NCBI GenBank assembly: GCA_965153285.1
Contig: OZ229111.1
Direction: 5' to 3' (one strand)
DNA from: Podarcis tiliguerta
Taxonomy: Eukaryota
Length of the DNA stretch: 64,000 bases
Part shown: positions 50,050 through 61,513 of the stretch, one piece after another
Numbering within the stretch: position 1 is the stretch's first letter
Layout of the letters: every line of letters starts with the position of its first letter
Position numbers and translations under genes: made by a program
Notes under the pieces: generated by a model
The model's input: the letters and a program-made list of their open reading frames with translations, nothing else
Database searches by the model: none
Told to the model about the DNA's origin: nothing

Positions 50050-50888
50050 GTAAGTACTGAAATGGGATCAAATAAAATTTTAAAACCTGTTTCCTAGAAT
50101 GAATTTCTGCCCCTCCTGCTATAGGATTGCCATTGGGCAAGGCTTGGGCAAGGTGAGTTTCAGGGCCAACATACAACAAAAGGATTGCCGCATTTTGACA
50201 GTACAGTACCTTGGAAGTCGAATGGAAGCCATTCCAGAAGTCCGTTCGACTTCCAAAACATTCAGAAACCAAATCGCGGCGTCTGATTGGCTGCAGTTAG
50301 GGAAATGGAATAAATGGCTGTGTGAACTCAGGCTAAGTCAGAACAAGCATGATGTACACACGCCAGAATCCATCCTTCTCAGATGACTATATTCAAAAGC
50401 TTGATTCTTTTCAAAGTCACTGCCAAAACTGCACCTTAGGGGCAGGTGTGCTGTAAGTGTTGCTGGCAAAGTCCATTGGGTGGTGCCCAAGTTAGTGAGC
50501 AACAGGAATTCACGGACCTTAACGCTTTGAATTCTAAGTGTGTATGTGTTTTAAATAAAGTTGGGCCAAGAATACTTAAGTGCCTTCAAGTCTATTAAGG
50601 AATGAGATACGGCAATACTGCATTCCAAAGCAAGGCAAGGAGCTCCACCGACTTCAGTGGGACCTGCTAGGTTCTAACTGCGGCAAAGGGGAGCATTATG
50701 CAGAAAGTCTCACACTTTCTTCCTGCTGGTTGCAGCACTTGGGTGGGGTGGCAGAGGAGCTTTGTACATGTGTGTGTTTGGTCACTGCAGTAGGAGTGGA
50801 GCTTCAGGCACAAGGTTGAGGGAAACCCTGCAGTAGAGCTAGGATGGGAGACACATCCACACCTGACTTCCTTATTTCTTCCTTGCAG

Positions 50889-50939
50889 CAGGATGCTCTA
50901 CCAGAGGAGATGGAAGTAGTAGAGGACCCTACAGTAGAG
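50889..50939 (+). CDS. SPARC: SPARC exon 3 (QDALPEEMEVVEDPTVE), acidic domain
   Basis: Pyrimidine tract, ttgcag|CAG acceptor, GAG|gtatga donor, phase 0/0. Confidence 0.93.
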
Positions 50940-51134
50940 GTATGAGTTGATGCAATACCCCCCTCTTTTTATGTACTTTGTGGGAACAGATGCATTGGAA
51001 GAGGTGGGATAACGACTGATGGGAAGTTATATGACCACCACCCAAGCAAATTGGGATGGATGCTCAGCAAACAGATGGTCTGGGAGCAACCTAACACATT
51101 TTCTATGGCATATACGTTCAATGGACTGCAATCT

Positions 51135-51230
51135 GCTTACGCCATAATAAATATGTTAGTCTCTAGGTACCTCGAGACTTTTGCTCTCTTTTTTTGCTAA
51201 AACAAACGAACACAGCTATCCTTCCGGAGA
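51135..51230 (+). mobile_element. Penelope-like terminal remnant
   Basis: gcttacgccataataaatatgttagtctctaggt...aacacagcta resembles the 24369-24592 arm family; decayed. Confidence 0.5.
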
Positions 51231-51674
51231 TAGTTGCTTCAGATCACCATTTCTCTTTTTATTCATTTTATTATGAGTTAAGAGCTTTCAGACTGCTTGC
51301 TTGAAATTTAAGGGTGATCAGAAGAGGAACGGAACTGCAGCTGGAAGCCCTGTTGAGAGGTGGGGCCTGTAACTCAGTCACAGTGTGGAGCGCTCTTGTT
51401 CAGGGTTCCAGCTAGCCACCAGTCAGCCATACCTCTCCTAGGACACCCCATTCCGTTCCATTTCCCCTCCCCACCCTGTTTTCTGTATCCTCCACCCACA
51501 ACAACCAGCTGTGCCCATTGAGCGTGTTCAGTCCCCACTGAATTGCTCAAGAGTCCCTTCCCCTACTTTTATAGTTCGCTCCCTAAAAATTGTGCTTCTC
51601 CAAATCTTCCTCAAAGACTCCTGTGCTATTTGGCTACATTTTAGAGTATGAACTCACTATTGGCATATAGTATA

Positions 51675-52037
51675 CTAAATACCTCAAGGACCACCTCTTC
51701 CCATATGAACCAAACCAGATCATCATCTGAGGCCCTTCTTTGTGTGCCTCCTTCATGAGAGGCCAGATGGTGGCAACATGAGAATGGGCCTTTTCTGTGG
51801 TGGTTCCCCGTTTGTGGAATGCTCTCCCCAGGGAGACTTGCCTGGCACCTTTGTTACATATCTTCAGGTGCCAGGCAGAAACATTCCTCTTCTCCCAGGC
51901 CTTTGGCTAATTAAATAATCTATGGCCTTTTAAATTGGAGGGGGGGGTGTTGTTTTTGTTTGTTATTATGCATTTTCAACCACCCTGCAATCTTCAGGTG
52001 AAGGGCTGTATAGAAATTTAATTATTATTAATAATAA
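51675..52037 (+). mobile_element. L2 3' fragment
   Basis: tacctcaaggaccacctc...gccttttctgtggtgg...tgtggaatgctctccc L2 ORF2 end plus AT-rich tail. Confidence 0.75.
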
Positions 52038-52223
52038 TACCTCTTCTTTCATGAAAGGAAATTAACTCTAGAGACATTTCCCTGACCTTTGGCTTTCTAA
52101 TGCTGTGAGTCTCTTTTTGAATAGCCTATTTGAGTGGGTATGGTTTCTATGTCACAACAGCCTTCCAGGTTGTCATCATCCAGAACACAACAATAACTAA
52201 CCTTATTCCACCTCTCTTCCCAG

Positions 52224-52308
52224 GAACCTGTGGGTATCAACCCCGTTCAGGTGGAGGTTGGAGAGTTTGAAGAGCCCACTGTGGATGTGGAGGAGATTGT
52301 TGCTGAAA
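52224..52308 (+). CDS. SPARC: SPARC exon 4 (EPVGINPVQVEVGEFEEPTVDVEEIVAE)
   Basis: cttcccag acceptor, GAAA|gtaagc donor, conserved NPVQVEVGEF. Confidence 0.97.
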
Positions 52309-52372
52309 GTAAGCAGTACTCTGGATATTATACTTTAAACCTGCAATGTTTTATATGTACACATAATATAAG

Positions 52373-52458
52373 CAGGGCCAGCCCAAAACATTTTGGCACC
52401 TGACATCCTGCCACCTGAGGCGGTTGCCTCACCTTGCCTCAAGGGTGGACCAGCCCTG
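52373..52458. mobile_element. 86-bp hAT MITE
   Basis: CAGGGCCAGCCC / GGACCAGCCCTG ends; TSD aatataag / tatataag. Confidence 0.75.
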
Positions 52459-53124
52459 TATATAAGAATGCATATTATATAGAAATGCAAAAAACTGAAG
52501 AAAAGGGGTTGTTGCAGCAGCCCTGGTATGCTCATGCCAGATGATGTTTCTTGCTACTGTCATTTAAGTCCCACCCTCCCAATCTTACATCCTGAAGACC
52601 CGAGAGCATCACTCTCTCCATAGGCTGCTTTAAGTTGCAGGGGTATTACTTTAAAGGACCACAGAGGGAAGGAAATGGTCTGTGAACCGCTTGCTCCCTC
52701 TGAGGCTGGTTCTCACTCCATTTTAGCCATGCAGATTGTGTTTACAGATATTTTTTAGGCTTGGGAAAGATTCGAAGTACATTAGATGGTGGCAGTAAGG
52801 TATTACTCTTTCAGAAGAGAATGCTGACACTAGCAACTTAACTCCAATACATCAGTTAAGGAGTTCTGGTCATTCCTGTGCTGCCCTAGTTAGAGACAAA
52901 CATAGACTATTGGACTATATGCCTTGCTCCATAAAATAAATATGTTAGCCTATCCTACATCTGATGAGCCAAGCAAACACTACGCTGGATGGCTCAGACA
53001 CTACTGTTGGTGAAAAGGCTGAGTATATCTCTCCATGGCTAGTTTTCCAGGGGTTTTTTAATAGTGAGGAACCACTAACACTGTTTTGGCTTCAAAAGTT
53101 GCTTTTCTTCCTGGTCTTGCTTAG

Positions 53125-53246
53125 ATCCTTGCCAGAACTATCACTGCAAGCATGGCAAAGTCTGTGAACTGGATGAAAACAACACCCCTATGTGTGTGTG
53201 CCAGGATCCTTCCAGCTGCCCAGCCAGCACTGCAGTGTTTGAGAAG
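53125..53246 (+). CDS. SPARC: SPARC exon 5 ([41 protein letters not shown]), follistatin-N/EGF-like
   Basis: gcttag acceptor, AAG|gtgagc donor, conserved cysteines, 122 nt. Confidence 0.98.
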
Positions 53247-54064
53247 GTGAGCAGAGAAGATGAGTGAAGTCAGGCCAACAGAGCAAACTGACGAAAGTGG
53301 AGGTCTGGGGAACAGTGATTGCTTATAGCCTCAGTTATATCTTAGCTTTAGCATAGCAGCTGATGCATCTCTGAGGTTTCTCCCAGTAACATCTGTAACT
53401 TCTGGTGAGGGCATATCACATAGTTAAGTACCATGCTACCAATGAAGGGTGTTTTGCAAGTTTGGTATATAGCCACGTCATGGAACCTGGCTGAAAGGAA
53501 GCTGCAGGAGTTACTGAGAAAGGGATGTGAGCAATGACAGGAGAGTGGCCACCATGCCACTGGACAGAATGAGTGCAGCTTGTCATTCTTCTGAATCTTT
53601 CAGTGGTTTTGTCAAATACTGACTATCAAGTCTTCCTCAACAGCCCATGACACATGGAGTGAGAGGCCCTGCCTGGCAATAGTTCTTCCCCTACCTGATG
53701 GGTCAGTGCCAAGGGCATTACTGGAGGACAGCAGCTCCATCCCCTGGACTTTGCCCTGTTGAGTGAGCCTGGCACTCTAACATCTACATGCAGCTGCCAG
53801 GAAATAAAATTACTTGGGAGTGCAGTGACAAATACATGCTGACCCCATTAAATCCAGGGTTGCAGTCCAATCCTGAAACGAATCGAAAGTGGAGTTATGG
53901 GCTGAATAAGGATTGCCAAGTAGAGGCTTTATGAATACCTGATAGACATTTGAGCTTGTCTATATCTGGAAGGTTATTGATGTTGTCCTAGATGGGGGAA
54001 AAGATGGATCCATTCTGCATTTGAGCACTTCATCTTTCTAATGCAACTAACCCTTTTCACAAAG

Positions 54065-54185
54065 GTATGTGGCACTGACAACAAGACCTATGACACCTCT
54101 TGCCACTTCTTTGCCACCAAATGCACTTTGGAGGGAACCAAGAAAGGACACAAGCTCCACCTGGACTACATTGGACCTTGCAAAT
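54065..54185 (+). CDS. SPARC: SPARC exon 6 ([40 protein letters not shown]), Kazal-like
   Basis: cacaaag acceptor, AAAT|gtgagt donor; NKT glycosylation site and KGHK motif. Confidence 0.98.
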
Positions 54186-54236
54186 GTGAGTTTTCATCCT
54201 CATGCTACAGAACAAAATCTATTCAGAAGGCAACTA

Positions 54237-54455
54237 CAGTGGTACCTCGGATTAAGTACTTAATTCATTCCGGAGGTCCATTCTTAACCTGAAATTGTTC
54301 TGAACCTGAAGCACCACTTTAGCTAATGGGCCCCCCGCTGCTGCCGTGCTGCCGGAGCACAACTTCTGTCCTGAAGCAAAGTTCTTAACCTGAGGTACTA
54401 TTTCTGGGTTAGCAGAGTCTGTAACCTGAAGTGGGTGTAACCCGAGGTACCACTG
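54237..54455. mobile_element. Tigger-like MITE 51 nt downstream of SPARC exon 6
   Basis: TIRs CAGTGGTACCTCGG / CCGAGGTACCACTG, TA TSDs. Confidence 0.88.
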
Positions 54456-56699
54456 TAATCAACATCTGCTTTCCAGATGTTGTGGCACTACAGCTCCCAT
54501 CATCATTGACCATTGGCTATGCTGCCTAGTGCTGTTGGTAGCTGTATCATGACATCATCTCTAGAAAGCACCACATTGGCTACACCTAGTCTATATTCAA
54601 CTATATTTTCAGAATTTGTGGCTCCGGCATCCATGTGATCTAAGGAATAGCAAAAAACACTACATCAAGTTATGTTAGCATAGAAATCTACATATCAATG
54701 TGGGTCACAAATAAATAAGGCTTGGATAATGGGCATCCTGTTCATTCACAGGGGTGCACAACACTAGCACATGCTGAAAAAATAAAAACGATAAAAATAA
54801 TAGTTTTAAAAAACAAAATACTTAGGTCATTATGTGCCTGCATCATGTGCCTGCATTCATAACAGTCAAGCAACAGATTCTAGGAAATGTGCTGGGAAAA
54901 CTGACCCATAGGTCAGCCCAAAGGCATGGCACCTACCATCTTGGTTACCTCACTGGTCCAATAAACCAGGAACCTTGCCTAAAGCTTGTGGTTTGTCTAT
55001 TGTGAGACAAACCACAAGCCTGCTTTTGGTTGTAATGCTAATCCAAACCTCAACATAGCCCCAGGTAACAAGACAAAAGCAGAATCAGGGGAGGAGCACT
55101 GTGGTTGAGATTTCGGCTCTGGGAACCTACACATTTGCTAGTCTGTGCTGTGCCATGGCTTGGCTTAGCATTACATGTGAACTTAGTCTCTGTCAGAGAA
55201 AGGTGGCTTGGACTCCATTAATCATCTGCACCTGAAGAAGCAGGAATAGCTAGGAAATCTCTGTAGGCTGCTCAGCTACAGCAACATATCTGAAGACACA
55301 ACTTGATCTCTATCTAGCCAAGATTTCCATGACCCTGCTCACTGGTAGATAGGTTTTATAAAGTTTTCATATTTCATTTAATGCTTCATAATTGCAGCTT
55401 ATTTGGGGTGTAAGATTTCACAGGGGGGAGAAAATGACATATCAGTTCCTCAGGTCTGATGGTCACAGAATGCATGACCAAGATGGTACTGCAATGTTGG
55501 GTGCTGGCCTTCAGCTTTGTTTGGTCCCTAACTTTAAGGCAAATGTGATCCTCTGTATCCTGTAAATAGAAAATGGTCTATTTACCATGCTGTAAAGTTC
55601 TGCTATAGGCTTTCAGTGGATTTTGTGATGTCTCTTACATGACACCCCAGGTGACAAACAAGTGATAAAGTACTCATTCAAGAGCCTTCTCATCTCCAGC
55701 ATCTTTCTACATCTATCTCTAACCACAAGCCTGTAGAATGAGACAGCTTCTATTTTGCAGGCATTGTCCTTGCCCTAGCTCAAGGTATCCACAGTTGCTT
55801 CAGTGGCTGTGATGATTTCCTGTTTCCAGGGGCTCCACTATGGATGCCTTGAGCAACTAACAACCTCTAATTTAAGCATGCAGGTAAACATGTTGAATAA
55901 ATTGTAAACATATCACCAGCCCAACTTTTGAGCAGATGGGATAGAGTTAGATCAGGTCAGAACACAGAAAGTGTGGTCAAGGCGGCTTAACTGTGTTAAG
56001 TGTTGGCAGGATATTTTTATTTTCAAGTGGTCTCTAAGTTTAAGGCAAGAAGCGGCCTTTGCAACCAACAGAAAGAAATACTTTAATATCTTCTCCTCCA
56101 GACTGGATTAACCTGATAGCTAGCATTTTAACAAATATGCCATTAGTCAAGTAAGTCCTAGATTAATTTAAAAAAACAAACAAACACAGACATTTAAGCA
56201 CTGAACTCATGGATGGTTGATGAAGTTAGATAAATGTTTTCCTCCTACCTGGAATGCTATTTTCTGCTGCTTGTGAAAGGCAAGCTTATACTTTCCTGTT
56301 TTGTACAAAATGAAAAACTTAAGAAGGTAAAAAGTTCAAATACAAACAAACCTGGATCAATCCACAAGCTGTTTATTATCTCAGGTTAATCCTAAAGTTG
56401 GTTCTGATGTCAGGGTGCAGAAAGAGAGTACTGGCTTGAAGAGATTTTGGGGAGGTTTCTATGGGGATGAATGGCATCCCCATCGAAACTTGCAGAATGG
56501 GCTCCTTTTTTGCATTGTCAGAAAAAAATAAAATTGTGCAAACTTTTTGAATGCAGTGGCTGTCTTTGCTATAATGCGTATCGCTATCTAATAATTTCTG
56601 TGCCGTTGTTAGGTAGAGTCAGTGTTTCATGGTTAAAGACAATAAATATGGCTTCTCCTTGACTGTAAATGAGCTGATGGGTCTCTGGTTGGGTTTCAG

Positions 56700-56833
56700 T
56701 CATTCCTGAGTGCCTCGACACCGAGCTGAGTGAATTCCCCCTGCGTATGCGTGACTGGCTGAAGAATGTGCTGGTGACCCTGTATGAGCGGGATGAAGAC
56801 AACAACCTCCTGACCGAGAAGCAGAAACTCAGG
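56700..56833 (+). CDS. SPARC: SPARC exon 7 ([45 protein letters not shown]), EC domain
   Basis: tttcag acceptor, AGG|gtgagc donor, invariant [13 protein letters not shown]. Confidence 0.98.
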
Positions 56834-57519
56834 GTGAGCTACAGCTCCACATAAACAACCATCCCCATAGCTTACATGGTGCACAAAGGTGGAGTCTTCC
56901 TATATTGTTATTTTTCATGGTTATGGATCTACCACCCCATCATACCAAGGCCAACACATCATATCACATCACACATTAGTGAATATAGGCAGCCCACCTG
57001 TTCAAAGAAAACACTCCCCGCCCCCAAAGTGCACCTAATATTTTTCAAGTGTATGCCTAAACATACAGCATATGAATATAACAACTGTGTTTGAAAACAT
57101 GTGTGTCTCACCAGCACACCCATTAGAGCCAGGGTTACATCTGTAACAGATTCATACCCTGAAAACACTTCTGGCAAGTCTGGTTCTTCTGCCACACAAT
57201 GCATGACATGACCTTAGCTGCTCAAATGTGGGCGCAAAGGGAGCATGCCATTTGCAAAGCCAGTCTTGTGTCACCAGCCATTGTGTGCCTTGCATTACCT
57301 TCATATGCTGGTGTATTCCACCAGATGGAAACTTCTCTTGGACAGCATGTGAAACCCCCCTTCCTGTACATTTCCGCCAGTAATTCACTGCTCTGTGGCT
57401 CTTCTTTGGCCATCTCAGAATGAAATACAAGCTATTGCCCACTTTACCCCAGGAGAAAGGCTCTGATGGTAGCTTCAGACTAATTTCTTTTTTAATGCAA
57501 ATTGTATCTTGATGAATAG

Positions 57520-57668
57520 GTGAAAAAGATCCACGAGAATGAGAAGCGCCTGGAAGCTGGGGACCACACAGTGGAACTGCTGACCCGTGATTTTGAGAAG
57601 AACTACAACATGTACATCTTCCCTGTGCATTGGCAATTTGGTCAGCTGGACCAGCACCCCGTCGATGG
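57520..57668 (+). CDS. SPARC: SPARC exon 8 ([50 protein letters not shown])
   Basis: gaatag acceptor, GG|gtatgt donor, start of EF-hand 1. Confidence 0.98.
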
Positions 57669-58871
57669 GTATGTACCCACCCACTTCCCTGGCCTGTGAT
57701 AAACTCTAGCAGAGACAAGTCACATTCGTATTAGATCACAAGCTAAATTCAATGTTTTATAACCTTCATTAGCCCTCATCAAGCAAGGCTTAAAATAATA
57801 AATAGCCTAGGATACAAGAACCAATTCCCTTATTTATCTTAGGTGTAAAATAGCTTGCACTCAGCTCTTTGAAAAGCTACTTTGTTAGCAGAGGTCAGGG
57901 TGGTGTTTACTATGAAAGATGGGCACCTTCCCTTACTGCATGGCTGTGCCACAAATCAAGCATTTGGCTTTCAGCCTGCTAAGCAGTACATCCTTCAGAT
58001 TCTCAGGATTCCTAAATTTAACTTTTAAAAACAGACAAGGGAGTGTCTGCTGAAGGCTCTGGTATCAACGGATAGAGAGTATAGCCCATCCATTTAAAGG
58101 GCTGATTTCGGGGCATTCTCAATCCACATAATGTCCTTCAGGTTTGGGTAATGGGATGTTTTGCAGGTTCTTCCATTTCTTAGATAAGACTACGCCACAA
58201 AATGAGAGAGATTTCCCAAAGAACAAGATATCTTTGGTATATAAAGCCTGATCCATACATTCTCCAGATTGCATGGTGCATCATGACTGCGTCCCACGAT
58301 GCTCTAGTAATGTATGAAATGAGAAAATCACAGGAGAAGAATGGAGCACATGGAAAGTTCCTACATTAGTTTTTGTTTCCTTTCATACATTACTAGACTG
58401 GCACAACTCAGGAGGTTGGAGCAGATGCCCATTGGGTCCCTTCCAACTCTTATGATTCTATGATAGGTCACATATACAGGAAACTTGCCTCCATGAAGCT
58501 TGGGTAATGTATGATTAGGAAACAGGCCTCAGTCCAATATAAAAGGGGGGAATTGCTGCCAGGCACAAGAAGAGATGGGGCACCAGTGGCTTGAATTGCC
58601 AGCGTGGATTGACCTAGCCCAAAGTTAAGCCCACAGGTATGTGCTCATTGTCTTAATGGCACAATGGAGCCAGAACATAGAAGCCTTTCTATTGAATAGA
58701 CATGAGAATGAGCCCCAAAATAAAAAGGAAGGCTATGATTGGGTGGGAGTGGAGGACCAGAGCGAAGGGATTGTTGCCTCTGTCCTTTCTGCCAATCTAG
58801 TGAAAACTGCGGTTGATGGTAATTTTAGGGTGTTGTTGTTGTTGTGACCACCTTGATGCTCCTTCTTTCAG

Positions 58872-59020
58872 GTATCTGTCCCACACTGAGCTGGCCCCAC
58901 TGAGAGCTCCCCTCATCCCCATGGAGCACTGCACCACCCGCTTCTTTGAAACATGTGATCTAGACAATGACAAGTACATCGCTCTTGAGGAATGGGGCAG
59001 CTGCTTTGGCATTAAGGAGA
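58872..59020 (+). CDS. SPARC: SPARC exon 9 ([49 protein letters not shown])
   Basis: ctttcag acceptor, GAGA|gtaagt donor, EF-hand 2 [12 protein letters not shown]. Confidence 0.98.
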
Positions 59021-59904
59021 GTAAGTATACCGCACACCAGGGCTAAGGCATTGCTGGGACTTCACTAGAGGAAAGGGGGGGAGCTCCTAATTGCAAACAT
59101 CTCCTGATGATTCCAAACCAAGGGAATCATCTAGGGACTAGGGAGATACACCAGAAATAAAAGCACTTGCATAAAAGGAGCTATACATCCACTCAGTAGT
59201 AAATCCCACTGAGTTCCACGGGTTTTAGTCCCAGGTAAGTGATTATAGGATTGAAACCAGAGCAACTTCATAAACTAGCCCAATTGGTGGCATACCTGAT
59301 GAGCGCTGGGATCTACTCTGGAACTCCTTGATAGTCTGCCTCTTTTATTTCACTTGTACCCCAATCTTTCTCCAAGGAACTAAAAGCAGCTTACCTTTGG
59401 TTGTTCAGGCTGCCTTCCCTGTTAGACAGCTTGTGGGGCTAACCCTGGTTAGCTTTGGCAGTGGGACCAGGTCAACACTCTGGTCAAGCTTAAGAGCCAG
59501 CCCACGCATTAGGTGGGGTGATGTAGCTGCCTCAGGTGGCAGAAATGCAAGAGGCAGCCACAGAAAAAGCAACCCAGGTAAAGGAAGTGGTGGTGGCAGG
59601 GAAGCACAGTTTTGTGCTGCACAGTTTTGCTGCTGGGGAGCCCCTAAGGGTGGAGAGAGGCCTTCTGCAGAACGCCTTACTCGCAGTGAGTCTCAGCGAG
59701 AGGGAGGTGTTTAAGAAGCCCTTGCTGGGTTTGCTCCTCTCCCTGCCCAGTGGCAAGGCTTTGAAAGGGCTCTTGCTTGAGGGGAACCCCTTCCACAGCC
59801 TCACACCCCCACCATGGAGACATTAGCAGGATGTCTCAGGTCACCCCTACCAAGCACTCAATGCTATCTCTTCCCTCAGTAGGGCTGTATGCTGCAGAGA
59901 ACTA

Positions 59905-60135
59905 TGGCCCCATCTGCACTGTACATTTAAAGCAGTATCATACCACTTTAAACAGCCAGGGCTTGCCCCCAAAGAATGCTGGGAATTGTAGTTTGTGAAA
60001 GGTGATGTGAGTTGCTAGGAGACCCCTATTCCCAGAACTGTAGTTCCCAGAGTTCCCTGGAAAGATAGGTTAATTGTTAAACCACTCCTGGGAATTGCAG
60101 ATTTCTGAGGGGAATAGGGGCCTCATAACAGGATG
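59905..60135. mobile_element. PIF/Harbinger-like MITE fragment (CTGGGAATTGTAGT family) in SPARC intron 9
   Basis: GGCCCCATCTGCAC start; colinear with 6345-6560 and 28031-29064. Confidence 0.65.
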
Positions 60136-60309
60136 TGGAAGAAACGTCAACAGGCAAATGGGGCAGCTGGTTTGGGCAGGGGTGGTCGGCTGGGCTGGCA
60201 GGCAGGGATTAAGGGTGGATTTTTCAATAAACACTCACATACATATTGGGGAATCACACTGTACAGATTCACATACGTGTTCTTACACCATGTCTTTCTT
60301 CTTTTGCAG

Positions 60310-60338
60310 AGGATATTGACAAGGATCTCGTGATCTAA
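60310..60338 (+). CDS. SPARC: SPARC exon 10 coding part (KDIDKDLVI*)
   Basis: cttttgcag acceptor, TAA at 60336-60338; spliced CDS sums to 897 nt = 298 aa + stop with consistent phases. Confidence 0.97.
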
Positions 60339-60435
60339 ATTCAGCAGCTTCTGCTTCTGTTACCTGCAACTCCCATGTTTTCTTTTCTTTTTTTTTAACA
60401 ATTTGGGGGTTTTTTGGTTGTTTTATCGGGGACAA

Positions 60436-60475
60436 GGTGCTAATATAGATCTAAACTTATATATTAACGGTGCTA
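60436..60475 (+). promoter_or_regulatory. Tandem miR-29 seed matches (GGTGCTA x2) in SPARC 3' UTR
   Basis: 7mer-A1 sites at 60436-60442 and 60469-60475 in the gacaaggtgctaa...attaacggtgctaaaa context remembered from mammalian SPARC. Confidence 0.85.
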
Positions 60476-61132
60476 AAAGAAAAAGAGAAACAGAAAATTG
60501 TTAGTAGCCTAATCTATACCACTAGATTACTCTGCTCACGCACTCATCTGTGTGTTTCTGTTGACCTCTTGATTCGATAATATCAGTACAGTGAAACAAA
60601 TCCGCTTCTGTTCAAAGTATTGACCTCCTTCTCCTGGCCCTCTCTTTTCTAACTTTTTTTTTTTTTTTAAGAAACAAAATCTTAACATGTTTTTGGCTAT
60701 GTAACTCTCAGGCTAAGGACCTCCAGACCAATTTACTCCCTAATTTCTAGAAGGCAAGTAAAGGAAAGTGTACCAAAAAGGGTGTTGGGAGACTGGGCTA
60801 TACAAAGTCAAGTAGTGGGACAATTGTTTTATGAAAGTTTAGGAGATCCAGATTTCAGTTACTTAGTAGGATGGAAAAAGCGTACAGATGGGTAAGGTCT
60901 ACAAAATCCAAAATGGTGACTTTATGAATTCTGCGGTTCTTTGAATCTGGCACCAACTCACCTGAAAGGAATGATTACAAGAGAGCAACTGAGATGCAAG
61001 GGGGGGTGGGGAAATGAAGTCTTGTTAACTCCCACCTTTTAAAATAAAAAGTAAGAAAATTCTACCTGCTTCATTGCTGCGCAGTGACTGTATTCTTTGT
61101 TGTTGTCTTTACCATGCTTTTAAAGTTAGATT

Positions 61133-61159
61133 TGGTGCTTATCTGTGTTTGGTGGTGCT
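61133..61159 (+). promoter_or_regulatory. Second pair of miR-29 seed matches (TGGTGCT x2)
   Basis: 7mer-m8 sites at 61133-61139 and 61153-61159. Confidence 0.6.
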
Positions 61160-61513
61160 TATTTTTCTTTTCGTAGTCTTTTTCCCTGCTGTGGTTTGTT
61201 TGTCACTGAAATCCATTCTGAGGAGCAAAAGCACATTTCCCTAAGCCAAGTCTTTCCCTCCTAGTCGTCTGTGGTCATTCTAAAATGACCTCCGAGGAAT
61301 AACACTAGGCCTGTTCATATGATAAGCTGGATGCGTGTACAAGCATTCTCTACACAGGTACAAGTGTACAGCTCAACTTCAGGCCACACACGGACTGTTA
61401 CACTGAATGTAACCAGCAAGTGTCCACTCAATTGTTTGTGCACACACATTGAACATAACATGTGAGCACCCCTTTGGCACGTGATGGTTCTACTCATAGG
61501 GAGGTGTGTCATG

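Noticed and set aside
2551-54455. Recurrent near-identical ~240-bp units as a CRISPR-like or other novel array
   Set aside because: Dispersed, with TIRs and TA duplications: ordinary Tigger-like MITEs in a eukaryotic genome.
57152-57718. 188-aa antisense ORF across SPARC exon 8
   Set aside because: Antisense shadow of a coding exon with no independent gene signals.
59296-59330. CTGATGA as a further hammerhead core (also at ~52961)
   Set aside because: No stem II followed by GAAA.
59328-59826. ORFs in SPARC intron 9 as an alternative C-terminal exon (cag at 59533-59535 would be in frame)
   Set aside because: No polypyrimidine tract and the region looks TE-derived; unsupported without RNA data.
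1949-60338. Functional copper link between neighbouring ATOX1 and the KGHK motif of SPARC
   Set aside because: ATOX1-SPARC adjacency is ordinary conserved vertebrate synteny; nothing in the sequence indicates co-regulation.
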